Below are positions 45,278 to 56,444 of a DNA stretch of 64,000 bases, one piece after another. The number at the start of each line of letters is the position of its first letter. The stretch's first letter is position 1. The DNA lies in the NCBI GenBank assembly GCA_963765765.1, contig CAVXYC010000029.1:120761-184760 (forward strand), written 5' to 3'. This DNA comes from an uncultured Chloroflexia bacterium (GTDB taxonomy: Bacteria > Chloroflexota > UBA6077 > JACCZL01). The notes beneath the pieces are model-generated. The model was not told where the DNA came from, made no database searches, and saw only the letters and a list, made by a program, of their open reading frames with translations. The position numbers and the translations under genes were made by a program.

Positions 45278-46528
45278 TCAGAAAGCCGGCTTGCCCGACA
45301 CAATCAGCTTCCATCCGTCGGAGCTGTGTGCGACCTCGACCCGCAAGGGGGTCTGTGCGGGCCCGTGGAAGCGCCCGCCAACGCCCCAGTCTGTCTGCAT
45401 GCGCTCCGACCAGAGATCCGCACTGTGCGCCGCGACGGTGCCGGCATCGAAGAAAAAAGCCACGTCGAAGGCGGTGCGGTTCGGGAACCAGCGCCACTCG
45501 GCGCTCGTGATGAGGGCGTTTCGGTCCCGGAAGCGTCCGGTGGAGTACCCGCGCAGCACGCTGCCGCCGCCGAGCGATGGCATCAGGAAGTACGGCACCA
45601 CGTCGTCGTCGTCGAACGTGGCCTGCATGCGGCCCCATACCGACAGGACCCACGTCTCGTTCAGCACGGGGATGTGCTGGACCACGCTCGCGTCGAGGCG
45701 CTTGAAGGTGAACGTGTTGTCGGGATCGTCGAACCGGTGCAGGGTCAGCCCGTAATAGCCGCCAGTGCGGCTGTAGCCCGGCGAGGTGCGCCAGTCGATG
45801 GCGCCGGTGACCTGGCTGTGCACGAACCCGGGATTCGCGCCCAATCCGGGTGCGGTCTCGGCCGTGTACTCGGTTTCAATCGATGGGCGCTCGGAGCCCT
45901 GGCCGGGTTCGAGATGGTAATGCTCGTAGCCAACCCCGCCGGCGAGCACGGCCCAGCGCGCCGGGTGAAGCGTGGCGGTGCCTCCGACGTAGGACTCCTT
46001 GAACCGGTAGTTCGCACGGGCGTCTTCATCGGTCTCGATGCCCAGGCCGTAGTAGCCGACGCGGGTCGCGTCTCGCCAGCCCGCCCGGGCATCGAGCGCC
46101 AGCCGCCCGCTCAGATGGCCGGGAGATGTGGTCGTGACCTCGAGCAGCTTGTAGTTCTTGATGGAGTACAGCCCGTGCACGTCCGCCGTCGACCGATCGC
46201 CGTAGTAGCGGAGGAACCCGGCGCCGAGCGTGAAGCCGCCGCCGCCGTAAACGCTATCCATGAACGGGTACAGCCCGTCACGTGGCTGCAGGAAGGTGTC
46301 GCGCACCTTCGCGACGATCTGCTCCGCGCGAGTCGGCGCGCCGGGACCGAGGTGCCGTGCCTTCTCGGCTTGCTCGGCCGCGATCACGTCCGCGCGCAGC
46401 CCTTGAGCCCACGAAGCCGACGGCAGCGCGAGCAGGGTGCCGATGACGAAGGCGAACGCGGCCGCGGCCGGTCTGTGGCGGGGGGCAGCAAACCCTCTGA
46501 TCGGCAGCGTGGGCACAGAGACGGGCAT
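45278..46528 (-). CDS. Omp85/BamA-TamA family outer-membrane beta-barrel without POTRA domains
   Basis: Signal peptide; alternating beta strands; LGGGSVLRGY (VRGF/Y motif), AEWRW, FFDAG; C-terminal Phe. Confidence 0.82.
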   Translation of the reverse strand: MPVSVPTLPIRGFAAPRHRPAAAAFAFVIGTLLALPSASWAQGLRADVIAAEQAEKARHLGPGAPTRAEQIVAKVRDTFLQPRDGLYPFMDSVYGGGGFTLGAGFLRYYGDRSTADVHGLYSIKNYKLLEVTTTSPGHLSGRLALDARAGWRDATRVGYYGLGIETDEDARANYRFKESYVGGTATLHPARWAVLAGGVGYEHYHLEPGQGSERPSIETEYTAETAPGLGANPGFVHSQVTGAIDWRTSPGYSRTGGYYGLTLHRFDDPDNTFTFKRLDASVVQHIPVLNETWVLSVWGRMQATFDDDDVVPYFLMPSLGGGSVLRGYSTGRFRDRNALITSAEWRWFPNRTAFDVAFFFDAGTVAAHSADLWSERMQTDWGVGGRFHGPAQTPLRVEVAHSSDGWKLIVSGKPAF

Positions 46529-47551
46529 TTGGGCTGGCGAGTGCCCGCCATTCTACCGCGGAGCAGGCCGAGCCGGTGCGACAGTCGTCCGCCAGCTACT
46601 TGAGCGGGCGAACCTCCATGAGCCGCACGGCTCCGACGCGAGATTCTCCAGTTCCAGCGTCTGATCGTCGCGATCGTATCGCACCGGGAGAGAGCGCCAG
46701 GACGGCTCGTATCCGACGATGCAGGAACGCGAGGCGAGGCGCGACGGCATGACACATCTCGCCGCGCTGCTGGCCCGGACGGACGCTGACGCACACGGGT
46801 GGCTGGCCGACCGGCTGCTCGCACGCGAGGAAGTGGTCGTGGAAGACGCGCCGCCTGCGGGTCTCCGCACGCGCGAGGTCGCGCTCGAAGCGGCGGGCTG
46901 ACGCGTCATTCCCGGAATGCGGAACCGGATCCGACAGAAAGGGTTCATCTCCAAAGACGTGCGTGACCGGCCAGCTGTCGAGCCGCGAAACGTTGGCGAG
47001 ATCGAGCAATCGCGTCCTCATCAAAGTCGCATCGAATTTGATGATTACATGGGGCCGAGAACGCGTGCGATGGCCCAACAACATCGCGCTGGTGAAGTGA
47101 TCCAGTAGAATCCACGGTCACATGCAGAGAATCGAGTTCGAACCTCGCAGGCTGAGGCGTGTTGCCGTCGTGACGTTGGGGAGCATGCTCTGGGGCGTCG
47201 CCCTGTGCTCAGGGTCGCGGGCTGTCGCCGGTCCCGGTGGAACTCGACGGCGCCAAATTATTCGGTCAATCACGCACGCTCCGGATCAAACAGTTGCTCG
47301 GCCTCAATGGCTCCACTGGCTCGATTCGATCTCGCCGCTCCCACCGGCGCTATTGTGCCGCGGCGATTTTCATGGCATTTCGAGGGCCGCAGGCCCAGGC
47401 TAACCAGTTGCGGAAATCGTCCAGTGCGGCGAACCACCTCACCACCTCGACATAATCCGCGTTGCTTCAAATGCTTACGAGTTCGACGGTCTGAGTGCTG
47501 AACGGCACCTGTTTTTCGACCGCCCGGGATGCAACGATTGGGATCGCCGCC

Positions 47552-49432
47552 TCATTTGACGGTGCTGTCCCGTTCGCTGTCCACCGGCAAGTTCATGCGA
47601 CGAAGCAATAACTGCCATCGTGGATCCGAATGGAGGCTGTCGAATCGAGGCTCGGTTTTCACGTAGTTCAGACTGTTACGTTCCGCCGCGTGCTTGAAGA
47701 GAAGGCGGAAGGCCTCGTCGTTGTTGCCAAGTACAGCGTACGCTTGCGCCACCTGTGCGGGCGGGCCGGTATCGCGCAGGGCGGCCACGATGCGGTTCGC
47801 CTCAGATCGTTTGCCCATCCGAGCGAACACGACTGCGATATCAGGGCCGCGGACCGGCCGACCTCTCAGAACGTTCACTTTTTCATAGAGCGCAAGCGCT
47901 TCGTCAAACCTCCCCAACGCCTCGTATACGTCCGCCAGCCGACCATATCCATCGGAACTGCGGGGCTCCAATTCGATCGCCTGCTTCAGATGAGGAATGG
48001 CCTGGTCGTATTGGCGGGCACGATACAAGACCCTACCGAACGCTGAGTGAACCGTCGACGACAGCGGATCGAGTTGCTCGGCTCTCTCGACGTGAGCGAT
48101 CGACTCGGAGAAGCGGCCCAGCGCCATGAACAACATCGCGGAAAAAAAGTGCGCATCGAGGTTGTTCGGGTCGATGTCCAACGCGCGACGGAAGTCCTTT
48201 TCGGCCCCTGTCCAATCCCAGTCATGACCGAACCTGAGGCGGCCCATCGACACGTGGGCTTCAGCAAGTCTGGGATCGAGGGCCAAAGCCTTTCGCGCCG
48301 CGGCTCGTGATGGCGATTCGGTTTCCTTGAACGTTTTCGCACCCCACACGCCTCTCCACCACCAGGCGTGAGACAACCCGGCATATGCCGCGGCGTAGCC
48401 TGCATCGAGGCGTGTCGCCCGTTCGAAATGCTCGATCGCCCTTGACAGGTCTTCCTCTGTCAATTTCCACAAATAGTGCTGCCCGAGGAGATATTCCTGA
48501 TGCGCGGTCGGATCGACCGTCCCGGCAGAAGCCATCCGGGCACGCTCCTCTGCCGTGACCTGAACGCGGATCTCGTCCGCCACAGCGCGTGCGACCTCGC
48601 CTTGTAACTTGAGCACGTCCGTCAGCTCACGCTCGTACTCGCGCGCCCACAAGTGCGTATCGGAGGCTGCATGAATCAACTGGACGCTAATCCTCACGCG
48701 GTCGCGCGTCCGCTGCACGGAACCTTCGATGACCGCGTCCACCTTCAGCTCCCGCGCAATCTCCGGAAGAGGAGTCCTCGTGCCCTTGAACCGCATCACC
48801 GACGTGCGTGACACGACCCTGAGAGCGCTGATGGGGGCAAGGTTTCCAATCAGCGCCTCAGTCATGCCATCAGCGAAGTAGTCCTGCGTGGGGTCGCCCG
48901 ACAGATTGTTCAGGGGGAGCACGGCCAGCGAGGTGATTGGGGAGCGTACGGTGGTTGCCGCAGGGCGAAGCATGTAAACGGTGCTTCCGAGGGCGAGGAC
49001 GGCCAGTCCGGCCAGTGCCAACCAGCGCCGCGCCAGCGGACGGCTGGGCCGTCCATTCTGCTGGATGGGCTCACCCCGCACCTCAGCAGGTGGCTCGTTC
49101 GACCTTGTCTCTTTTACAGCCGCCACGAACCGATAGCCGTGACCGGGCACCGTAACGATGAATTGATGATCGTCGGGCTTCTCTCCAAGCGTCTTCCGGA
49201 GAATCGAGACGTTTCGCGTCAGCCCTCCCTCCTCCACGCTGGCGCCACCCCAGACCTGGTCCAGTAATTCGTCCTTCGCGAGCACGCGGTCGCGGTTTTC
49301 GACGAGAACCAGAAGCGTTTCCAACACCTTTGGAGCCAGCGGCACGGCTGCGCCGTTGCGCAGCAGGAGCCGCTTCCCCGGGTCCAGCGAGAAGGGACCG
49401 AACTCGAATGCGGGCTTCGGGGGCTCGCTCAT
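47552..49432 (-). CDS. Transcriptional regulator: OmpR-type winged helix, TM, TolB-like, TPR
   Basis: FEFGPFSLDP...LAPKVLETL...TVPGHGYRF; SLAVLPLNNLSGD...YFADGMTEALI; multiple TPRs. Confidence 0.92.
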   Translation of the reverse strand: MSEPPKPAFEFGPFSLDPGKRLLLRNGAAVPLAPKVLETLLVLVENRDRVLAKDELLDQVWGGASVEEGGLTRNVSILRKTLGEKPDDHQFIVTVPGHGYRFVAAVKETRSNEPPAEVRGEPIQQNGRPSRPLARRWLALAGLAVLALGSTVYMLRPAATTVRSPITSLAVLPLNNLSGDPTQDYFADGMTEALIGNLAPISALRVVSRTSVMRFKGTRTPLPEIARELKVDAVIEGSVQRTRDRVRISVQLIHAASDTHLWAREYERELTDVLKLQGEVARAVADEIRVQVTAEERARMASAGTVDPTAHQEYLLGQHYLWKLTEEDLSRAIEHFERATRLDAGYAAAYAGLSHAWWWRGVWGAKTFKETESPSRAAARKALALDPRLAEAHVSMGRLRFGHDWDWTGAEKDFRRALDIDPNNLDAHFFSAMLFMALGRFSESIAHVERAEQLDPLSSTVHSAFGRVLYRARQYDQAIPHLKQAIELEPRSSDGYGRLADVYEALGRFDEALALYEKVNVLRGRPVRGPDIAVVFARMGKRSEANRIVAALRDTGPPAQVAQAYAVLGNNDEAFRLLFKHAAERNSLNYVKTEPRFDSLHSDPRWQLLLRRMNLPVDSERDSTVK

Positions 49433-49594
49433 GGCAGCCGGAACAATTCCGAAGAAAAGCGAAGGCCGGTTGTAAGGACTTGTCAGCCCTGACGCCGGCA
49501 GGATCGGCGCGTCGGGCGGCGTGGCGGGAATTGTATCGCAGGCCGCCGGACCTCGGGCGAAGGATTCCCGGTGCTATCGCGTGAAGGAGAGCCA

Positions 49595-50924
49595 ATGAAC
49601 ACCAGTTGCAACCAAGCGCGTGGGGCCATCCTCATTGTCGGGATTGCCCTCCTCATCCCCTCGACTGCGAAAACGGCGACAGAGTCCAAGAACTCCGTGC
49701 CCGTGAACCAGGTGCTCGAATGGAACCAGGTTTTCATCGACACGCTCGTTGCGACTAATACCGCAAATTCGTCGAGTCAACGGCTCGGCGCGATCGTTCA
49801 CACCGCGATCTTCGATGCCTACAACGGAATCGAGCGACGCTACACGCCAATCTTCGTGACTAGCACTGCGCCTCATGGCTCGTCGCGTCGGGCAGCGGTC
49901 ATCGCTGCCGCATACTCCGCGCTCGTCGGCATCTTTCCGTCCTTGTCGCCTCTCCAACGCGAGGCTCTCGATGCCCGCTATGAGGCTTCACTCGCAGCGC
50001 TGAGTGACGACGGTGGCAACGGCGGCCTATCGCGCGAACGCGGCATCGCCTGGGGAATGGAGGTCGCGCAGGCCGTGCTCTCCTGGCGGGCGACTGATGG
50101 GTTCAGTCCCCCTCCTTCTCCTCCGTTCACTGGCGGACTGGCCGTCGGCCAGTGGCGGCCCACGGGCGGGTCATGCGTCGCGATGACCGCGCTTGGGTTG
50201 GCATTCACCTCACCGTTCGTCGTCGCCAGCACGACCCAGTTCGATCCTGGACCCCCGCGAGGTCTGGGGAGCCCCACTTACGCAGACGACGTCAACAGCG
50301 TGAAAGCGCTCGGTCAAAACACGAGCTCGCAGCGCTCCGACGAACAGACCGGCCTTGCGCCGTTCTGGGAGGGCAACGCCAGCGTGCACTGGAATCAGGC
50401 AGCGAACCAGATTGCACGCGCCACGCACCTGTCGATCTCGGCGAGTAATAGGCTGCTCGCCGTGTTGAACATCGCCATGGCGGACACCGCGTTCACGATC
50501 TGGAGCGCGAAGCGGCACTACGGCCAGGTCTCCACCGAGGTCACATGGCGGCCGGTTACGGCGATTCGACTGGCGGAAGCCGACGGTAATCCGGGCACCG
50601 CCGCCGCCGCAGACTGGTTGCCGCTCGTCAATACGCCATGCCACCCCGAGTATCCCGCCGGCCATCCGAGTCAGAACGGCGCGGCGGCGACCGTGCTTCT
50701 CAGCCACTTCGCCGATGACCAAACGTTCACGCTGACGACGGGACTGCAGAATCGCACATATACCAGCATCTCGCAGGCTCGGACGGACGGAAACAACGCG
50801 CGCGATCTGGGGCGGGATGCACTACCCGAGCACCGTCACTGTCAGCGACGCGGTGGGCGAGGCGATCGCCAACTACGTCAACCTGAATGCGATGCTGCGG
50901 ATCCACGGGCGCCATGAACGGTAG
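49595..50924 (+). CDS. Secreted vanadium-dependent haloperoxidase / PAP2-superfamily protein (frameshift near 50805)
   Basis: VLEWN, AIFDAYNGI, WSAKRHY...WRPVTAIR, TPCHPEYPAGH; shifted frame resumes RIWGGMHY. Confidence 0.88.
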
Positions 50925-50968
50925 AGCGTCAATTCGAAAAGGTTCACGCACGTAATTAGGAAAAGGCA

Positions 50969-51223
50969 ATGAAACTCGCTGGCACACACGCGCTCATCGG
51001 TGCTGTCGTCATTCTCGGACTGGGCATGGTCTCGGATTCCGTCACGGCCTCAAAGTTCGAGGAGTGGTCCGTGCCTGTCAACCTCGGTCCGCTCGTCAAC
51101 TCGCCGTTCGACGACATTTCGCCGCACGTCTCGAAAAATGGGCGCAGCCTCTATTTCGCGTCGACGCGCCATACCGAGTCGTTCGGCGGCGAGGACATCT
51201 GGATCTCCAGACGCGCCAGCTGA
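50969..51223 (+). pseudogene. N-terminal fragment of a secreted PD40/WD40-like beta-propeller protein
   Basis: Signal peptide, WSVPVNLGPLVNS, PHVSKNGRSLYFASTR, DIWISRR; stops after one repeat. Confidence 0.75.
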
Positions 51224-51327
51224 CGTAGGTCATAGAAATCGCAGTACGAGTCAGCTCTTCTATCCGAGCCTGGCGGCAGGCCGGCGGTTGTGCGGAGCTC
51301 GCGCTCATCATGCGCACCTACGGAACG

Positions 51328-51560
51328 CTACCGAAGCACCAAACCAAGCACCGCCGCAACGGCAATGATCCAAACCGGCATTATTTCTGGTGAGGGCGAG
51401 TACCAGTGTCCCGACGATGATGAGCACAGCGTGCCATGGTGTCAGCGTGGCCTGAGGAGCCAGTCGGATCCCAGTCATCACCATGAGTCCACAGGACCGC
51501 CGCTGCATGCGCCCTGCAAGGCCCCGCATTCCTCGTAAGAGCAGCCGCGAAACTGGAATG
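51328..51560 (-). pseudogene. Possible chromate transporter (ChrA-like) C-terminal fragment
   Basis: RGMRGLA...GLMVMTG...AVLIIVGTLVLAL...PVWIIAVAAVLGLVLR* across frameshifts. Confidence 0.4.
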
Positions 51561-51669
51561 GCAAGGACTGGCGATGTCGCCAGTGGCCGATTAGCAACCA
51601 TCAGGTTGCCTAACAACGTCGACCCAAGACCAGACTTCAGCGGCGATTTCCATCCGGCGAGTCGCGAGA

Positions 51670-52200
<531 letters not shown>

Positions 52201-52309
52201 ACCACTTCCTTTCCTCACGCGGCACATCCGCGCGGTTCTGATTGCGTTATGCAATCGGTTGTAAGCTAGATCGACTGATTTCATATCGCAATTGGTTTTT
52301 GGAGTGCGC

Positions 52310-52801
52310 ATGAACGCCCCACGCTCGGGCTGCCCGATCAATCTGACTCTCGAGGCGCTGGGGGATCGCTGGAGCCTGATCGTCATCCGCGACCTGATGT
52401 TCGGCAACCGCCGTCACTTCCGCGAGTTGCTGACCCGGTCGGAGGAGCGGATAGCCTCGAACATTCTGGCCGACCGGCTGACGCGCCTGGAGAAAGCCGG
52501 ATTGGTATCCCGTCGCGACGATCCCAGCCACAAGCAGAAGGTCATTTACAGCCTGACCGAAGCATCCATCGCTCTGGTGCCCTTGCTGGCCCACATGGGC
52601 GGTTGGGGCCTGCGTCACACACCCGCCTCGAAAGAGCTCTCCGTACGCGCGAAAATCCTTGAGGACGGAGGCCCGAAGCTGTGGTCCGAGTTCATGGAGG
52701 AACTGCGGCACCTCCACCTGGAGGCGCCGGCGCCCAGGGGGTCGGTCTTCTCCAGGCTGCCGTCGGCCTACGAAGCCGCCATTGCTAAGCCGCTGGTCTG
52801 A
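52310..52801 (+). CDS. HxlR-family transcriptional regulator
   Basis: RSGCPINLTLEALGDRWSLIVIRD, FREL, IASNILADRL, YSLTE. Confidence 0.92.
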   Translation: MNAPRSGCPINLTLEALGDRWSLIVIRDLMFGNRRHFRELLTRSEERIASNILADRLTRLEKAGLVSRRDDPSHKQKVIYSLTEASIALVPLLAHMGGWGLRHTPASKELSVRAKILEDGGPKLWSEFMEELRHLHLEAPAPRGSVFSRLPSAYEAAIAKPLV

Positions 52802-53229
52802 GCGAAACGGCACTTGCGTCGCTCAAGCTGTCCGACGGAAAGTCCTAAACGGGCTTCGCTCTGACTAGCGAGGGACACCCCGACCTCCCGACACACCCAT
52901 CGCGACGTGAACGGACGGCGGCTCCCGCGTATACACGGCAGCAAACGGCGGTATGTGGCGCCGGCGTGACAATTCGAACGCTGTATCCGGGGACGTCGTG
53001 GCGTTGGGCTGTTTCGATTGCCCTCGTGGGCTGAGCGGAGCTGTCTCTTTGGTTCGGCGCGAATGTCGCCGAGCGGAGGCAACCGGGGGCCACATCCCCC
53101 GATTGAATACGCCTTTACGCGGCTTCCCGAATGAGCCAGGGGCGAAATTCGTCACTGCCGACTTTCATCAGCTTTCGTGGGCTGAAGGCCCAGGCTTACA
53201 GTTGCGGAAATCGTCCAATGCGGCGAGCC

Positions 53230-53545
53230 AGCCCAGTAAGGGTCTATTCCCGTCACATGGGTGACGCTTTCGATCCGAACGGGGCTCTCAATCGGCTCTG
53301 GCCGACAGGTCTCATCGTCGAAATACCCAAGTCGTACTGCATGAAGGTGACGAGCCTGATGCGGCCGGTCCGTGTTGTACCGCGTGATGAGGTCGTCGAA
53401 TCGGGCCGCTGCTGGAGCACGTTCGCGGCGGCCGAAGCTTTTCACGGATCTTGGGCGCGCCCCGGCCGGGATACTGCTTCAAGCGCACGATGGTCGCCTC
53501 AATGGGCGCCGGTAGCCGATTCGCCTGTCGGTGCGCGCGATGAAT
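53230..53545 (-). mobile_element. IS481-family remnant with large internal deletions
   Basis: Fused pieces: ANRLPAPIEATIVRLKQ..GAPKIREKL (HTH), ARFDDLITRYNTDRPHQA (end of integrase core), LGYFDDETCR.EPIE (tail), then a degenerate end TGTCACCCATGTGACGGGAATA. Confidence 0.7.
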
Positions 53546-54128
53546 CCTGCTTGGTCCGCCAGTAGTAGCTGCGTGACTTTGCGGCACTGCCGCACGTTGC
53601 CATGCTGCACCACTTGCGCGTTGCGCTCCGGGTGTCGTCGCGGAAGAACCAGGCGCAGGCGGGACAGGCCTTGACGCGCTTCAGTGTCCCAGGCGGCGCC
53701 GTGAGCAATGCGATGGCCGCGTCCACGATCCGCAGGCGCAGCGTGGCGTGACCAGCGCGCCCCGAGTTGATGGTGCGTGTGTAGTGGTCGCTCGACCGAT
53801 TGATGATGGTCATCGCCGCGGCGGCCGCGGCGTCGCGCCTCAGCGCGTCAAGATCCTCGCGGCTCGGCGAGTGCGACTCCACGACCGCCCGAAATATACG
53901 CTCCAGGCGCAACCTCAGGTCGCGCAACCGGCGCAGTTCCGCGGGCGCCGCACCGTGCAGCCGCCGCACCTCGGCAGGTGACAAGAGACCGGAGGCTTCA
54001 CCAAACCGCAGCGCGTCGGCGTAGTCCGCCAGATAGTCGCGCCGCTCGACCGTCGTCCAATCGTGAATCGTGTTGAGGAAATTCAACGCCGGATCACCGC
54101 CGACCAGTGGGTACGAATATCCAGGCAT
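53499..54128 (-). CDS. ABATE/CGNR zinc-finger regulator
   Basis: GGDPALNFLNT; CPACAWFFRDDTRSATRKWCSMATCG. Confidence 0.9.
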   Translation of the reverse strand: MPGYSYPLVGGDPALNFLNTIHDWTTVERRDYLADYADALRFGEASGLLSPAEVRRLHGAAPAELRRLRDLRLRLERIFRAVVESHSPSREDLDALRRDAAAAAAMTIINRSSDHYTRTINSGRAGHATLRLRIVDAAIALLTAPPGTLKRVKACPACAWFFRDDTRSATRKWCSMATCGSAAKSRSYYWRTKQDSSRAPTGESATGAH

Positions 54129-54239
54129 GCGTCGATGATGCCACGGCCCAGGCGTGCCTCACCAGCTAAACCCAATTGACAGGTGAGCAGAGTTGACTTT
54201 ACCATCTATATCTCGATAGACGGTGATGGGAGGTCCACT

Positions 54240-55142
54240 GTGAGGAAAGCAATCGCGCTGTTGGGGGCTCCGTCGAATGTCGGAATTCGGCCGTACGACG
54301 ATGGCCAGTTGCGCGGGCTCGATCGCGCCCCCGCGGCCCTTCGAGCGCACGGCCTTGCGGCCCGGCTCCAAGCCGATGACGTCGGCGACGTCGTACCGCC
54401 GGAGTACGTCGATTTCGCGCGCCCGCCCGGCCGCGTTCGGAACGAGGCGGCCCTCGTCACCTATTCGAGGGACATCGCTGCGCGGGTGGCGCATGCGGTA
54501 ATGGATGGGCGCTTTGTCCTGCTCCTCGGAGGTGATTGCAGCATCGTGTTGGGCGGCTTGTTGGGCGCACGGAAAGTATCCGATTCGCGGCTTGGACTGG
54601 TGTATGTTGACGGCCACGCCGACTTCGCGAGTCCCGAGGAATCTGTCACGGGTTCGGCCGCGTCGATGTGTGCCGCCTTCGCGGTCGGACGTGGCGATTC
54701 TGCACTTGCGCAGCTTGCGGAGATCCCTCTCGTCAATGGCTGCGATCTCGCGATCCTCGGGCGACGCGACGATTCGTATAACTACGGCCAAGCCGCCTTG
54801 CGTGCCGCAGGTGTGCTGGACATTCCCGCTCCTGCTCTCCGCCGTCGCGGCGTGGCCGCAGTCGCAGCGGCGACGCTGGCGCGACTCACTGACGTATCGC
54901 GCATCTGGATTCACATCGATGCTGACGTGCTGGATCCCTCTGTGATGCCGGCGGTGGATTCGCCAGAGCCGTCAGGCTTGTCGGTGGACGAGCTCGTCGG
55001 CCTCATTCGTCCGTTCGTGAGCGATCCACGGACCGTCGGATTGCAGTTGACGATCTACGATCCGAACCTGGACAGCGACGGCAGGTGCGCGGAAACGCTC
55101 GCCAGCGCGCTCGAACAGACCCTTGCTGGAAGCGACGAATGA
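54240..55142 (+). CDS. Arginase-family protein
   Basis: GGDCS, DGHADF, HIDADVLDPSVMPAVDSPEP, TIYDP. Confidence 0.9.
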   Translation: MRKAIALLGAPSNVGIRPYDDGQLRGLDRAPAALRAHGLAARLQADDVGDVVPPEYVDFARPPGRVRNEAALVTYSRDIAARVAHAVMDGRFVLLLGGDCSIVLGGLLGARKVSDSRLGLVYVDGHADFASPEESVTGSAASMCAAFAVGRGDSALAQLAEIPLVNGCDLAILGRRDDSYNYGQAALRAAGVLDIPAPALRRRGVAAVAAATLARLTDVSRIWIHIDADVLDPSVMPAVDSPEPSGLSVDELVGLIRPFVSDPRTVGLQLTIYDPNLDSDGRCAETLASALEQTLAGSDE

Positions 55143-55441
55143 TTGCGCGCCTCTGGCACGGTCGGGTTCCGGCGTCGAAAAGCGATGCGTACTACGCATA
55201 TCTGCTCCAGACGGGCGTGCAGGAATACGCCGCGACTCCGGGCAACAAGGGTGTTCAGGTCCTCAGGATGACGGAGGGCGGCGTCTCGCACTTCTTGCTC
55301 GTCACGCTCTGGGACTCCGTGGACGCGATCAAACGTTTCGCCGGTGAAGACTACGCGTGCGCGAAATACTACCCTGGGGACGACGACTTTCTGCTCGAGC
55401 GGGAAGCACGCGTGCAGCACTTCGAGGTGCTTGCCAACTAG
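55139..55441 (+). CDS. Antibiotic-biosynthesis-monooxygenase-like ferredoxin-fold protein
   Basis: ATGA overlap; MIARLWHG, TPGNKG, TLWDSVDAIKRFAG, KYYPGDD. Confidence 0.85.
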   Translation: MIARLWHGRVPASKSDAYYAYLLQTGVQEYAATPGNKGVQVLRMTEGGVSHFLLVTLWDSVDAIKRFAGEDYACAKYYPGDDDFLLEREARVQHFEVLAN

Positions 55442-55848
55442 GGGGGCGTCGCGGATGCACGCGATGCTGCGCCCGGAAGTGGCCCGGCGGGCGTCCGCGG
55501 CGCGATGGGCTTCACCTTCCAGCGCATGTACGCCAGGAACGTCGCGAGCGCAAGGAGGACAGCCGTCGTGGCGGCCGAGCTCGCCTCCCCGCGCACGGTG
55601 TGCAGGATGGTCGCGCTGCCCGTCACCATCGTCAGCCCTGCGGCCGCGCCCTTTACCAGCCACGGCTTGATCCGCGTTATGCCAGGAAGGGTGATACCGA
55701 TCGCGGCCAACACCTCGGCGACACCAATGAAGATTCGGAGCGCCGGGGGAATCGAGGCGTTCATCTGTTCGACCATCTCGGCCGGCGGATTAGGAAAGAG
55801 CATGCCGTGCGCGAAGAACGCCACGGCGAGCAATGTTTTGCAGCACCC
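55438..55848 (-). pseudogene. DoxX-family membrane protein lacking its start
   Basis: (VLQ)TLLAVAFFAHG...FIGVAEVLAAIGITLP...AAAGL...HTVRGE; the first codons are replaced by unrelated sequence. Confidence 0.8.
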
Positions 55849-55849
55849 T

Positions 55850-56244
55850 GCCCGGCCTCGGCGATGGAGTGGTTCCAGGCGCTGACGGATACCTTCGGTC
55901 CCGCTCTGGAAAACCGGAAGGGCGGGGTGGCGTCCGCGCCGGCCGTAATGGCCGCGTTGGGCGCGATGGGGCACACGTTGGTGGCCATGCCCGACAAGTA
56001 TGTGCGCATGGCTGAGCTTCAGAAGCGGTTCGACCTGTTGAAGTCGGTCAACTGGAGCAAGGGCCAGCACTGGGAGGGGATCGCGGGCAAGTTCACGCCC
56101 AAGGGTGACTTCTCGTTGGGAGGACCCAAGGAGACCGCCTACGCGATCTACAGCGCCCTGAGCGATCCGCAGTCATCGGGATACGCGCAGGTTCGGGTCG
56201 GCACGCCGACACCGACACCGACGCCGCATCTGGTCACGATGTAG
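55850..56244 (+). pseudogene. C-terminal fragment of an unrelated gene, possibly DGQHR/DndB-like
   Basis: Coding-like frame WFQALTDTFGPALE...APAVMAALGAMGH...VNWSKGQHWEGIAGK...GGPKE; no N-terminal domain. Family call is from recollection. Confidence 0.45.
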
Positions 56245-56444
56245 CCCCGGATCTGGTGCCTGGGGCAGAGTCCCTTTTCTGGCGGCTCTGCCCCACGCTT
56301 TACGCCACACAAACCACGGGGCTGGCATGTCAAGCCCCTCGCCCGTTAGCCGCCCACCTTCGTTTGAAGCACCGCCTGTGCGGTCATCGCGGGATGACAG
56401 CGTGTGAGGCGCGCGGTTACTGCACGCGCGATTGCTCTGGCTCA

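Noticed and set aside
56203-56226. Short ACRCCG tandem repeat
   Set aside because: Ordinary Pro-Thr linker coding, four units only.
55850-56244. Phosphorothioate (dnd) or other defence system
   Set aside because: Only a tentative C-terminal fragment with no partner genes.
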